The notes: a model not told the origin generated them from the letters alone. Numbered from the stretch's first letter, positions 1 through 14,055 are shown. The stretch: 64,000 bases of DNA from Octopus sinensis (GCF_006345805.1 NC_043001.1:61566001-61630000), one strand, 5' to 3'. Made by a program: numbers and translations.

Positions 1-139
1 ATGTAGTGAGTATACATATACCTGATGGCTGTAGTAAGTTGCTGTCGAAATGAGTGCACAGTCACTCGTTTATATTCATTTGATATAAATGTGTAACAAA
101 ACTAGCCCTTTGCATCATCAATAATAGATCTAATCAAAT

Positions 140-560
140 AGAACGTTACCGATTGGATGAGCCGAGCGTTCCACAGTGGACGCGGAGTAACAACGACCAC
201 TCATGCAGATCATACATAGATAGGGTATTCGTTAGAGAAGGAGATAAGTATACCTTTAGTCGTCCACAGTTTTGTATTGTGCCTTACACGGATCACAACC
301 TTGTGACGTGTGAGGTACATGTAGATAAATGTCATAGACAGGGACCCGGGTACTGGAAGATGAACAAGTATATTTTGACGTGTGAAGCCTTTCGTACCCG
401 GATTATTATGTTAGTACAGAGGGCATAATGAGGCGCCATCATTAATAATAGATGGTGGCACGCCCTCAAAGGAACCATCCGTTTGGAGTCCATTAGATTT
501 AGCAAGCAGCTAAGTTTAGACAGGACGAGAATAGAGACGATTTGGTTAAGAACTTAAACG
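140..560 (+). mobile_element. Tx1/L1-clade LINE remnant (C-terminal part of APE endonuclease)
   Basis: ORF 153-428 has SYIDRVF, YTDH and QGPGYWKMN. After a stop it continues GAIINNRWWHALK, matching the Tx1 copies at 7824-8549 and 10149-10835. Confidence 0.85.
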
Positions 561-805
561 AGCGATGGAATCTAGCTAGTTAACTATGTACAGTTGCATC
601 CGATAAAATAACGAGCAGAGGAGCGATCTCCTAGCGACACGGATGTCGATGGGTTTAAATACCCGTAACTAAAAGGGACCGATAAAATAAGTATTAGCCT
701 TTAAAAAATAACTCCTGGCGTCTCTTTGTTTGAGTAAAATCCTTCGAGATTTGCTCCAGCATGGCCACAGTCAAATGACTGAACAAGTAATAGAATAAAA
801 GAATA

Positions 806-959
806 TACATACATACATACATACATACATACATACATACATACATACATACATAGATACATATAGCTGCCGAAGTAATTGTCCACTTAAGATGATAAGA
901 TGTTCCGGGCCGAAACACGTGGTTTCCGGTTCAGTACTACTTGCGACAAGATGCCAGTG

Positions 960-1053
<94 letters not shown>
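806..1053. repeat. (TACA)n and (TA)n microsatellites
   Basis: Direct reading: (TACA)n ~806-855 and (TA)n ~961-1053. Confidence 0.95.
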
Positions 1054-1056
<3 letters not shown>

Positions 1057-2720
1057 GGACTAAACACATAAATGTGAAACAAGGTGGAAAGAAGAGTACT
1101 CAAATACCAGGGGTAGAGTAATATGCAGTAGAAAATTCAACAAAACCTGTTACTCTGAGTTTTACTCTGAGTTGTATATATATACAACCATTCCTTTTGT
1201 TATGCTGTTTCTGTTCACTGCACCCTTTCCTCATTCCTTGTCAGCACTCCTCCAGTAAATCATCCCTATTACATTCTGTATTTTTCTTTTCTATTTTTCC
1301 GTCTTTCCTTCTATTGTCTCCTTCCACTTGTATCGTTTTATCTCCTCCTCTATTTCTCTCACTTTTTCCCTCTGTCGTTCTCCCCGCTCTCTCTATTTAA
1401 CTTCGTCTATACTTCTAATAACTAAAACCAATAATTAATTTTCCCCAGCAACTCGAATTTGTAATTCCCAATATTATAACTAATTCCTTCGTCGTACATA
1501 ACAACCACTCACAAAGGAAGATCAGCTCATAGAACTGACACTATCTGATGAGAATCTGTATGGTGTCCGATCAACTTTTAAGAAATCTTCAAACATGTAA
1601 TCAATAGATTTATTTAAAATATCCGATACGTACTCTCTCTCTCTCTCTCGTTCTCCCTTTTCCTTATATTTACTCATCCCACTATTCTCCTGTTTACTGC
1701 TGGCTTTATGCATAAGTCAAAACATTCTCTATGATATAGAGCAATATATGAAGAAATACAGAGTCTATATTTCATCCCTTCCATTTATTATTCAGCACTT
1801 CTGTTTTCGTTGACTGCACCACCAGTCGGATTGTATTTTTCTTTGACCTTTCTTTTATTTGCCCGTAATTTTGCCTTTCAGCATACCTCATAGCACACTC
1901 TGTTTTCCACGTTTTTGATTTGTGGAGTAATATTTATGTTATCGTATTGTTTACAAGTAGTTTCAACGCTATGACATCATTAGGCTGAATAAACGATCAT
2001 ATTTGGTGCGTTGCTGATAATAATAGAAGTTCAAAAGTTCACGTCTACATTTTGAATCTAATTATATATTTATAAATAATTAAGAAATTTAAAATTTTAT
2101 GTGTCTTAAGAACTGCTTTGGATAAATTGTAATGTACGTTTAGTCCATAAATATAAAATTCTAACCTTTGTGTGAATAATAGATAAGTATCCATACTCAG
2201 CTAAAATCTAATAAGATTAGGAGCTAATAAATTCAGTCTTAATTTTTCGTTTTCCCAATGCAATTTTCTAGTCGGAAATTGCATTCTTAAAAAGTGCAGA
2301 CTTTCCCAAAAAGCAGTGAATTGCTCGAAAATTTGATTAATAAACCAATCCAAATTTTCAGAGAATACATAGTAATTTTATATTGAGCAGTTTATCTGGA
2401 TTCTAGATTATAAAGACTCAACTAGCTTCGTTCTCTGCAGATATTCTTTCTCTGATAAAGTCTTAAGAGAACTAGAGCCGTTTAAGTAAATACTAAATGA
2501 TATGTTTAGTGGGAAGTTGTAAAGCTAAAATACGTTTTTAAATGCTTAAACTACATTTCAAAGAAAGGAAAACTCTATAATTTACAAGAAATACATGCAC
2601 ACAGACACACTTTCTCATGCATACGTATATACGCACGCACACTCACAAACACATAACTAATTGTATATAGCAATAAAACAGGACATAAAGATAGTTTCTT
2701 GCTTTTATAATACTCTAGTA

Positions 2721-2922
2721 TATTGGCTTCAAATTTTGGTACAAGGTCAGCGGTTACGGCGAAGAAGCTAAGTTGATTACTTCGATCCCAGTGCTCAACT
2801 GGTACTTATTTAATCGACTCCGAAGGGATAATAGACAAAGTCGTCATCGGTGGCATTTGAACTCAGAATGTAAATACTGATGAAATGCCGGCGTGCTAAC
2901 GATTGTGTCAGCTCGCTGCCTT
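2721..2922 (-). mobile_element. tRNA-derived SINE, diverged
   Basis: The minus strand begins AGGCAGCGAGCTGACACAATCGTTAGCAC (A-box-like) and has a B-box-like GAGTTCAAAT. The body resembles abundant cephalopod SINEs, from recall and not from a search. Confidence 0.65.
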
Positions 2923-3547
2923 AATACCCATGTATATTGATAGAAAATAGTAGTTAAAATGAAAAAATTCCTTTCTATCTAGTTTTGTTTTTAAACGGCA
3001 GCACGTCTATGAGCCTCAGATCCATGGTTAATTGAAAGGAAATCGCAGGTGTTCGACAGTTGGTTTAAAAATCAGGTAAAAATACCTGGAAACCAACGCA
3101 AGGTATGGTAGTCCGATACATTCTTACAACTTCCTGAAACTCATCAAAACACAGATTTGGGATTGAAAGATATAACACCTTTTATTGAAATATACACCTT
3201 TGAAACGATTACCACAGGAAATCCACATGGAAATATGAAACATAAAGCATGTCACATATTTTTTTTCCAAATAATTTATTTTTTAATGCTATATTGATTA
3301 AACTAATGAAATTTTAACGGATGTTATGAAATTTAAAATGCCACGATTAATCGCAAAGTTTTTAACAGAGAGAAAACGAAAAGAATATACAATGTAAATG
3401 GAAAATACTGGAACGTACAAATACATTTTCATTCATGGTCCACCGATAGATCTTCTGAATATTTTATCGGGAACGTGTACACATTTTGCAGGTTGCAAAA
3501 TATAACCAAAACCAAATGTCATACATGTATGTATATCTATCTATCTA

Positions 3548-3604
<57 letters not shown>

Positions 3605-3963
3605 ATATATGCAAATGCATGTATATGTGTGTGCACGCGCGTGCGTGTTTGTAAGGAGGAAGAACGGAGAGATGAGAGAAACACACGAAACAAAGATATA
3701 TATATGAATAGTTTAAATAGAATACTACCTACCCCTTAAAGATATCATTTACAACACACATATTAGAGCATGTATTTGTGTATAAACTTCTTCACATTAT
3801 AAAAACACATTCATATATGGTTTTCATTGGCGCATAATGGAGATGTATACAGATATATTTAGGTTATAGTGTATTTGTTAGAAGTATGTGTAGTTGTCTG
3901 CATTAAGTTGCATTTCGAAGTGTGTGTGTGTGTGTTTGTGTTTGTGTGTGTGTGTTTGTGTGT

Positions 3964-3998
<35 letters not shown>

Positions 3999-4661
3999 AG
4001 AAAGAAAGAGAGAAACAGGTAGTGAGAGAGAGCTTATATTATATATATATATGAATATGCATGTATATATACATACATTCATATATATATATATGCATAT
4101 ATATACACATACATATATATATATATATATATATTTGTGTGTGGATTTGTGTTTATGTATGTATGAGTATATCTATGTAAAGATGATAGCATGTGATAAA
4201 TCAAACACGTAAGATAACAAGCTAATATATATCATGGAGAGAAATATCTGATTATAGTAGCAGCAATATATGAGTTGGCATTCGCAAGACATGAATGGCT
4301 CCAAGATTCCGTGAACAGCATATAAATGGAATCGAATTGCTTCTAGATGATTTAGTATTCGCCGAAACGATGTTGATTTGTGTAAGTTTGCAGCAGTCCT
4401 TAATACTTCAACCGTTAAATGGAATTCTAAATGGACGTTTTCTTAACGTAGGTTTCAGAATCATTTATGAGCAGATTCAATTCCAGTGCACTACGTTCAC
4501 AAGCAGAAATATTCACACGTACTAAAGGGATTTTATGATCACTCAGATATACGCAGACACACATATATGCGTATAGATATGCTAATAAAAGAGTAGAGTT
4601 AAACGTATACGCATTGATGTAATTTTATTGAACATTTCAAATATATACATATATATAAGTG

Positions 4662-4723
<62 letters not shown>

Positions 4724-4850
4724 CAGATACACACACACGCGCATATATATGTACATATGTGTATATATACACTCACAGACACACATAGATATATGAATCT
4801 ATATATCATTTGTATGTACAACTATCTATCTATATAAATAGAGAGACAGA

Positions 4851-4871
4851 GATAGATAGATAGATAGATAT

Positions 4872-4910
<39 letters not shown>
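4851..4910. repeat. (GATA)n/(TATC)n microsatellite at the 3' end of Tx1 copy A
   Basis: Direct reading. Confidence 0.95.
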
Positions 4911-7900
4911 TGTTTCTTTATTAGCCACACAGGGCTGCACACAGATAGAACAAATTACAAGGTAGAGCTTTTCTTTTGAAGGTAAAAAAAAAAGTAATAA
5001 TAATAAAATAAAAAATAAAATAAAATAAAAAAGGGGGGGTCGATCAAAAGGGATCGTAAAAGGAGAGAAAGAGGACAAAAAAGGGGGGGGGTAAAAAAAA
5101 AGGGGGAGAGGAAAAAAAAATTGATCAATAGGGATCGTTATCACAGAAATGTCAATATGTAGTGTAAAGGGGAGGACAGGTGAGGTTTACCCGTGGAAAG
5201 AAAAGCCTACAGAAAAGACCACGGTAACCTCGGTCAATGAAGTCACATGTTATATTTCTTTTTTTTTTTTTTGCAAATAAGCAACTCTCTGTATTAATTT
5301 TTACGGTTCATAGAATCATAGTCAAGGTGGCTTCGTCATTCATACGTGCCATCCTTGCTACATTCACCCATCTTTTTTTAAAACATTCACTAGACAAAAC
5401 TTGCCTCTCTACTCTCACTTTTTTCTTCAAGTGATACTTGAAGAAGTTGATGAGAGATTGACCAGAGAGGAAAGTGTTTGTCTCTAATCCTTTCAGACGT
5501 GTCCACCAGATACATTCTTTCGCCATAGCCACAAGTATGATAAAAATAGCTCTTCCTTCCCGTTTGAAGGAAGGAGGCGTGACGATATTAACGATAGACT
5601 CGGCTGATAAACCGACACGTCCCACACGTGACAGCAGTCGTTCGACATAAGCCCACAGGTGGGAAATTGCTGGACACTGCACGATTGCGTGCAGAGCGGT
5701 TTCGTCGCTCTGCCCGCATCTCGGGCAGGTCGGCCCCGTGTTTCTCGAGCCATGCCTATAGAGCTTATCCCGAACGGGTAGCGCTTCTCGGTAGCACCGC
5801 CAGGCCAGGGATCTCTGGAAGTTGTCCATAGGTCCGGGCCGAAAGTCGTTTGAAACAGGCGGGTCAGGTACTCCTCGTCGACGCCCAGGTTTGCCCCGAG
5901 CTCGTCGTCGTACCTCCCCTCCACTAATCCCCTATAGAATGCTTTGGTTGTGTTGAAGTCACTCAAGGTCGACCCGGGACGGCAGAGTTGCTTGAGAGCA
6001 ACGCGACACTCGCGGTGCCATTCGCCCTTCTTCGGCCTCTTTTTGATCCACGACTGTAGTTCGGTCATGGAGACGAGTTGCGGGAATGCGTGCCTCACAA
6101 ACGGCGACCACACCTGTTCACCGTCGTCTACATAGAGCCGGAGATGTCGCAGTCTCAGCGCGTGTCTGCGCATCATCAACACGGCATGCCCAGCCCTCCT
6201 TTTAACGGGTGTTGACAGCAAATGGATCGCCTGACCATCGGGACGCATCCTTTCCACAAGAAGCGGAAGAGGATGCGTTCTAGTTTGGTGATGGTAGGGT
6301 CGGGACAAGGTACGACGGTCAGGCGGTAGTAGATGATGGACGCGATGTACGCGTTCACCACCTCCGCCCGACCTTTTAGGGACAGTTTCCTCTCGGCCCA
6401 TTGCTGGGCGAGAGTGACCACCCTACTCGTTATCTCGTTCCAGTTCTTCTCCATTTGGAGGTCCGGACCGAACCAGACCCCGAGCAACTCAACCGGGCCG
6501 TCTGTCCAGCGTCCCACGACGGAGGTACTGGTGGACGGCATGGGCTTGCTTCTCCAGGTGCCGAGCCGCAAGCCCACTGACTTTTCCCGGTTGATTTTTG
6601 CTCCTGTCACCGCTTCGTAGTCTTTCAGTGTCTCGCCGACCCGCTCGATGTGCTCGTGGCTTGACACTATGACGGTGACGTCGTCCGCGTATGCAGACAC
6701 GCTCGTCCCGCATCTTAATTCTCGCGGGATGCCCATCAGAGTCGCCAGCTTCCGCAGTAGTGGCTCAAGAGTCAATACGTATAGAAGCGCCGAGAGGGGG
6801 CATCCCTGACGGACCGAACGTGCAATGTCGAAGGTTCTCGATAGATGTCCATTTACGCGAATTACCGAACGGATGCCTCTGTACAAGGCAGCTATCCAGC
6901 CGCGGAAGACGGGACCGAAACCAGCCGCTCTCAGGACTGCCTCCAAGTATCGATGGTCTACCCTATCAAAGGCTTTCGATTGATCCAAGTTGATCAGGGC
7001 CCCACCCATGCCAGGTTCGTTAACTACCCTGTCTATGATGTAGCGCATCAGATGGAGGTTGTCATGGATGCTCCAGCCCGGCACGGCGCACGTTTGTGCG
7101 TTGTCGACCAGTTTCTCCATGACAAGCGCCAACCTCTTGGCTAACACCTTTGTCAAAATTTTCAGGTCTGCATTGAGCAGAGTGATTGGCCTAAAGTTAT
7201 CTATAATGTTTCCCTTGTTTGGATCTTTCTTCAGCAGAGTTACAGCTCCTCGACTCACAAAACCGGGTATGCTCCCGTTTTGCTGCCAGTTGCAGTATAC
7301 CGCTGCCAAGACGTCTCCAAACAAGTCTGGCATACAATAGTAAAATTCGTAGGGTAGACCATCCAAACCCGGTGATTTGTCCCTCGAGCATTCTGCCATC
7401 GCTTCCGCACTTCCGCCGCCGTGATGGCACCTTCGCAGCACCCTGCCTTTCTTGTCGAGAGTCGTGGCAGGCTATGTAGGTAGGCTCTGAAGTCTACCCT
7501 ACGTTCTTGCCCTCCACTCGTCCCGAACAGTCGGGCAAAATGCTGCTGAAAGGCCTCACACATTTTACTTGGCTCGAGCAATTCGCGCCCCTGTTCATCT
7601 ACCAGTGACCGAATGGTGGCTTTGTTGCCCTGTTGCGCCTCTGCCACCCGGGCCTCTCTCGCGGCTCCAACACCTTCGTTCCTTAGAGCACGCATCCTAG
7701 CTCTGACAGCACATCCTTCGTGTTTGGCGTTGAAGTGTTGGTCGAGGGCCAACCTCGCCGCCAAAACGTCGGATGCGATGCCGCTTCTAATTGCCTCTTC
7801 TAGCTTCTTAACTAGCTCACCCTCTACTCTTTTCTATCTATGGCTAGTGCTTTGCTGTACCTAATCGCTTCTGCTTTTACTGCTCTCTTGAGGGCAAACC

Positions 7901-8549
7901 ACCATTTGTTGTTGATGATGGCTCCCGTCAAAGCCCTCTTTACTAGTGTGCTAATCCGGTCTCTGAAAACTTGTCTGGACGGGAATGATGCGTTCAGTTT
8001 CCAGTACCCAGGACCCTGTCTATGTGCCTTATCTAAGTCTAGCGTACACGTCACCAATTTGTGATCCGTGTAGCTGACTGTGTGGAATTGTGGACATCCT
8101 AAGTTATCCTTGTCTACTGTCCTACACAGTATCCTATCTAGATACGATCTCGACGACCCACTGCGGTTGCTCCATGTCCACGTTGGTGCATTTGGGTGGT
8201 CGAGTCGGTACCTGTCAGACAGTTGGAATCGTCTGAGCAGGTCTCTGAGGCATTTGCATCCCCTTCTGTTTCTGTCTCTCCCCACGTAGTCTACATGCGT
8301 GTCCAAGGTAGCATTCCAATCCCCCACTAAGAGTAAAGGACGAGACGTTCCCAAGAATACTTCTAGACGTCGAAAGAAATCCGCCCGACCTGTTAAGGGC
8401 GGTGCGTAGACTGATACGAGTCGAAAAGCGCACCCATTGCTGCCGTCAACATCCAGAACGATCAGTCTACCCTCCGGGTCTACGAATATCGTCTTGACTT
8501 CGAGATCCAGGCTCTTGTGAAAAAGTACCGCGGTGCCACTACCGCCCAT
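4911..8549 (-). mobile_element. Tx1/L1-clade non-LTR retrotransposon copy A, 5'-truncated, with 3' UTR and AATAAA
   Basis: Frameshifted ORF2 segments run APE (7824-8549: GDWNA, SYLDR, TDH, WKLN), linker (7255-7764), RT (6176-7441: NFRPITLLN, DQSKAFDRV, VRQGCPLS, YADD) and zf-RVT (5308-5829: CPRCGQSDETALHAIVQC). The element ends AATAAAGAAACA-(TATC)n. Confidence 0.95.
5308..8549 (-). pseudogene. Disrupted ORF2 (APE + RT + Cys-rich domain) of Tx1 copy A
   Basis: Motifs as listed for copy A, split over five overlapping reading frames. Confidence 0.9.
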
Positions 8550-8616
<67 letters not shown>

Positions 8617-8625
8617 AACAGATAT

Positions 8626-8698
<73 letters not shown>

Positions 8699-8739
8699 CA
8701 GACTGACAGACAGACAGACAGACAGGCAGACAGACAGGC

Positions 8740-8770
<31 letters not shown>

Positions 8771-8773
8771 TAG

Positions 8774-8815
<42 letters not shown>

Positions 8816-8816
8816 T

Positions 8817-8871
<55 letters not shown>
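8550..8871. repeat. Compound (GATA)n/(GACA)n microsatellite between Tx1 copies A and B
   Basis: Direct reading. Confidence 0.95.
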
Positions 8872-8872
<1 letters not shown>

Positions 8873-11800
8873 GAGGTTAATCTTTGCTCCCGTCACCGCT
8901 TCGCATTTTGTTAGTGTCTCGCCTATCATCTGGATGTATTTGTCGCTCGACACTATGACGGTGACATCGTCCGCATATGCCGACACGCTCGTCCCGCAAC
9001 CCAGTTCCCGTGGGATGCCCCTCAGTGTCGCCAGCTTCCGCAGTAGCGGCTCGAGAGTCAATACATACAGAAGCGCCGACAGGGGACACCCCTGACGGAC
9101 CGAACTCGTGATGTCAAACGGTTTCGACAGGTGACCGTTCACCCGAATCACCGATCGGATGCCGCTATACAAGGCAGCGATCCAACCGCGGAAGACGGGA
9201 CCGAAGCCAGCCGCCCTGAGGACGGCCGCCAAGTACCGATGGTCGACCCTATCGAAGGCTTTAGACTGATCCAAATTTATCAGCGCCCCACCCATGCCAG
9301 GATCCTTAACTACCCTGTCCACAATGTAGCGCATCAAATGGAGGTTGTCATGTATGGTTCTGCCCGGCACGGCGCATGTTTGCGCCCTGTCGACCAGTTT
9401 ACCAATGACAAGCGCCAACCTCTCGGCTATTACTTTGGCCAAAATTTTCAAATCTGCGTTGAGCAGAGTGATGGGCCTGAAATTATCTATAAAATTCCCC
9501 TTGTTTGGGTCTTTCTTCAGCAACGTCACTGCACCTCGGCTCACGAAACCGGGGATTCTCCCGTTTTGTTGCCAGTTGCAGTAGACTGATGCCAAGAGGT
9601 CGCCAAACAAGTCTGGCATTTGACAATACAGCTCGTAGGGTAAAGCATAGAATCCAGGCGACTTATTCCTCGCGCAGCCCGCCATCGCATCCCACACGTC
9701 AACGGCTGTGATGGGACTTTCACAACACTCCGCTTCTCTTGCCGAGAGCCGCGGCAGGTCGGTCAGGTAGGCACTGAAATCCATCCCGCCTTCCGACCCA
9801 CCACTCACACCAAACAGTCGAGCAAAGTGCTGTTGAAAGGCCTCACACATCCTTTCGGGTTCGAGTAAACTGCATCCCTGTTGATCTATTAGAGACCGAA
9901 TGGTGGCTCTGTTGCCACGCTGCGCCTCCGCTACCCGGGCCTCTCGCGCAGCTTCGATCCCTTCGTTCCTTAAGGCACGCATTTTAGCTCTGACGACGCA
10001 ACCTTCGTGCTTGGCGTTGAGGTGTTGGTCGAGAGCCATCCTCGCAGCCAGCACGTTGGTTGCGCTGCCAGTGGTAAGTGCCTCTTCTAGTTTCTTAACC
10101 AAGTCTCCCTCTACTCTATTTCGTTCTAACGCTAATTCCTTGCTAAACCTAATTGATTCCGATTTTTTCCATTTTCAGGGCGTACCACCAGCGGTTGTTA
10201 ACGACGGCTCCCGTCAGCGCCCTCTTAATTAACTCGCTAATCCGGTTCCTGTAAACCTGTCGCGCTAACAGCGACGTGTTCAGTTTCCAATAACCGGGAC
10301 CCTGCCTATGTGTTTTATCTAAGTCGAGCGTACACGTCACAAATTTGTAATCTGTGTAGCTGACTATTTTAAATTGTGGACATCCTACACTATCCCTATC
10401 CGCTGTCCTGCATAGAATGCTATCTAGATAAGATCTCGACGATCCGACGCGGTTTGTCCAAGTCCACGTTGGCACGTTCGGATGGTCCAGTCGGAACCTG
10501 TCAGACAAATGGAAACGTCTGAGCAGGTCTTTGAGGCTCTTACACCCCCTTCTATTTCTATCCCTTCCCACATAATCTAGATGCGTGTCCAAGGTAGCAT
10601 TCCAATCCCCTTCTAACAGTAAAGGTCTAGACGTACCCAGGAAAACCTCTAGACGTCTGAAGAAATCCGCCCGACCCGTTAAGGACGGTGCATAAACTGC
10701 CATCAGACGGAATGCACACCCATTTCTGCCATCCACGTCCAAGACAACCAGCCTACCCTCCGGGTCTAGGAATATTGCTCTTACTTTTACATTTAGACTC
10801 TTTCGAAAAAGCACCGCGGTACCTCCACCACCCATGTTCGGCAGACAGAGAGAAAAATAAATGTCAAATTAATTGCCAAACATGGACTCGAGGGCCCGCG
10901 GCTTACTGAGTTTGGTTTCACTGATAGCTACTATATCCACGTTCAGTGACTTGATGTCGTTTAGAAGGTAACCTTGCTTCCAAGCCGATGCCAAGCCACG
11001 CGCATTCACATAACCTAATTTAAGCATACTTGACATTTACGAAAATTGTGTTTTACACACTACATTAGAAGAGACAAGAGGCAAGAGGGGAGGTCACTTA
11101 CTCATTTTAAAAGTTTCATTTTTTTCTTCTTCTATTGTATTGTTTTTGATTAGGTGCTTGTATAGTTTTTTCGACAGGTATCGTTGAAACCCGCCTACCG
11201 CAATCGGAAATATTGTTTTCAGTATGTGGTGTTGTGCTTGTGTTATGTGTAAAATTCTGATGTGTTTCGGTGGTGTGGTGTGCGGATGATTGTTTGTCTT
11301 AAAGTCATCTTCACATATGTCCGTATTGGATGTGATGTAGTCCATTAATTCTTTATTGTCTGTGTCTATTGCAGTTAGTTGTGTGTGTGGTTTTACGGGT
11401 TCATTGCTTTTTTTATTGTCTAGGGGGGTGTTGTCCGGAGATAGATATCTCCCTACTTTACTTCCTTGTTTGGTGGATTTTTTGGATCTTTTCCTTTTAC
11501 CCCCTGTGGCTATTTGCCATTCCGTCGAACTTTCGTCGTCCGACGTATCAGTATGGGGTAGAGGCAAAGCATTTGGGTTTATATGTATGCTTGTAGAAAT
11601 TGTTGATGTCTTGTGCGGTGTTTGTGTTGTTGTGGTGTTAGGGGTAGAATTTGTCTTCTCGTCACTGTTTTCTGTCTTTTTACTTGTCGTCCTCGGTGTT
11701 GGTGTTGGTCTATTTTTTGTTGATTCAACATGTTGAATTGGTTGTGACGTCAACGGTGATTGTGTTGGTACTGTTTCTTTTCTTGGTGATGTTGTTGGGG

Positions 11801-13170
11801 TTTGTTTGCTGGTTTGTTGTTTTTCTTGGCATTGTTCCATAATTGAGTGTGTTGGTGTTGGTGTTGGTGTTGGCAACAAGGTTTTTTTATTTGTTTTCTG
11901 ATTTGTTCTTTCTTGTTTTTTCTGTACCAGAGCGCACTTCGCAATTAAATGTTCGGGGCTGCCACAGTTGTAGCATCTAGGCTTTTTGCCTTCTGCTACC
12001 ACATATAGGCATTGCCCATTTTTCAAGTGGATCTTATCCGGTAGGCTCTCGATAGAGGCCCCCTCAATCTGTATGGTCACCACTATTGTCTTCCCACCCC
12101 AAATTGTCGCCAAGGTACACGGCGGTTTCCAAAATGTTGATATTTTTTAAATGGTAACAGATTGCCCCTGTTATCCATTTGTTAGGAATCTCGGGAGGTA
12201 CATTTTTAATAGTGATTCGACTCACTCTCTGGTTTTTATAGTATGGGACAATGATGATTTCATCATTTCCCAGAGACTCAGTAGAGTGAGCTTTTGCCAC
12301 TTCCTGGTTAGGGAAGCGGACCACTACTGTGTTAAACTGGGGACCCCAGTTTATATATTCTTTTTCTTTCATTATGTTTTTTAAGCATTTTTCTACATCT
12401 GTTTTTGTAATCTGTTCATTTAGTTTTTTGTTTTATATATAATTTTATATATAATTGTCTTATTTTCTATTTCTTGCTTTATGTGTTGAGGTGTATGTAG
12501 CACTAAATCTTTCCCACGGGTTGTAAAGAGAGCTCTTGTTTCTATGAGCTCTTCATTTGTAAATGTTACAATCTCTTTCTTCTGACGCGGAATTTACTGT
12601 TGTTGTTGATTTTTTCTATTAACATCTTCACTATTAGATAGTTCATTTTTATTGTTGTTCTTGTTGTTGTTGTTTTTCTTAATATTATTCGCGTGAGTTT
12701 CATTTTTATCATTTATGTTGGTTGTGGTGGTAGTGGTGGTGGTGGTGGAGGTGGTGGTGGTAGCAGTAGTAGTCTCGTTGTTGTTGTTGTTAATGGTGCT
12801 GGCGGTGGTGATAGGGCTCTTACCGCACGTGGTTGCAGCGTTCATTCCAACGATATTCATGTTTGCACTTTGCGTGCATGAGTTCTTTTTTTCTTCTCCT
12901 AGCGTTTCCAAACTAGGAAAATGCTGGTCCATAAAGGAACGCGACCAGCGTTCTACAATAAAATTTCTTGACATTTTCTAATGTCGAGAAGAAAATTACA
13001 GAAATGAAATGGGGTTGAAACTGCCCCTAGGGACGAATTCCTCCCTTGGAAAAGCACTCAAACAAAAGTTGGGTGCCTTACACACCTTATTTGCAAAAAT
13101 GTACACAAAATATGGGCTATAAATAGTCAAAATAAACGATTACCTTCGGAGCCGAAGTGACAGCACGTCC
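8872..13170 (-). mobile_element. Tx1/L1-clade LINE copy B: 5' UTR, ORF1, APE and RT, 3'-truncated
   Basis: ORF1 pieces at 12594-12974, 12064-12372 and 11094-12113 include a CCHC knuckle (CYNCGSPEHLIAKC). ORF2 starts near 11036 (MLKLGYVNARGL..ISETK), has an in-frame TAA near 10870, then APE 10149-10835 and RT 8872-10102 (YADD). It stops at GAKINLL. Confidence 0.95.
11094..12974 (-). pseudogene. Tx1 ORF1 (gag-like, zinc knuckle), frameshifted
   Basis: CX2CX4HX4C motif; RITIKNVPPEI motif shared with the ORF1 remnant at 33280-34450. Confidence 0.8.
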
Positions 13171-13184
13171 ATAGATAGATAGAC

Positions 13185-13275
<91 letters not shown>

Positions 13276-13293
13276 TAGATAGATAGATAGATG

Positions 13294-13332
<39 letters not shown>

Positions 13333-13355
13333 GATAGATAGATAGATAGATAGAG

Positions 13356-13448
<93 letters not shown>
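13171..13448. repeat. (GATA)n microsatellite at the 5' end of Tx1 copy B
   Basis: Direct reading. Confidence 0.95.
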
Positions 13449-13674
13449 TAGTAATATAAATAGATGCACGTATGTGCATATATACATATATGTTTCAAGA
13501 TTTTTTGCCAATAGAGAAACAGCCGGTTTCTGAGCTAGACCCAAGGCCCTTGCGTTGGAATTTCAACATCAACAACAAGATAATACAAATCTATATTTAA
13601 AAGATGAAAAATTATGTACATTATTTACATTATTTACATTTGACAGGTATTTGTCCTCATCTTGTTTGTTGTTA

Positions 13675-13718
13675 ACACAACGTTTCGGCTGATATACGCC
13701 CCAGCATTCAGCAAGTGC
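13675..13718 (-). ncRNA. Decayed minimal hammerhead ribozyme motif in a Penelope terminal-repeat-like fragment
   Basis: Minus strand reads GCAC-TTGCTGA-A-TGCTG..CAGCC-GAAA-CG-TT-GTGT. Stems I, II and III are recognisable, and the core has two mismatches to CUGAUGA. Confidence 0.5.
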
Positions 13719-13770
13719 CTTGGGGATATTTCGAAACTGGTTTATCATTCCTAATGTATTTTCCGATGTA

Positions 13771-13865
13771 ATTATCATCATCATCGTCCTCGTCGTCGTC
13801 GTCGTCGTCGTCGTCGTTATTATTATTACTATTACTATTATTATTATTATTACTATTACTATTAC

Positions 13866-13931
<66 letters not shown>

Positions 13932-14004
13932 CATCATCATTATTATTATTATTATCATCATTATATTATTATTATTGTTATTATTATTATTGTCATCATT
14001 ATTA

Positions 14005-14055
<51 letters not shown>

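Noticed and set aside
885-930. Hammerhead-like GATGATA..CCGAAACACGT
   Set aside because: No CTGANGA core and no convincing stems I or II.
1522-1713. Possible host exon (EYVSDILNKSIDYMFEDFLKVDRTPYRF)
   Set aside because: I do not recognise the protein and found no consistent splice sites or partner exons; it needs RNA-seq or tBLASTn.
4295-4525. 76-aa ORF of non-repetitive composition
   Set aside because: No motif and no support; the same applies to the ORFs at 60151-60462 and 61086-61334.
5308-12974. Frameshifts in the Tx1 ORFs as programmed frameshifting
   Set aside because: They fall at different positions in the two copies, so decay or sequencing error is more likely.
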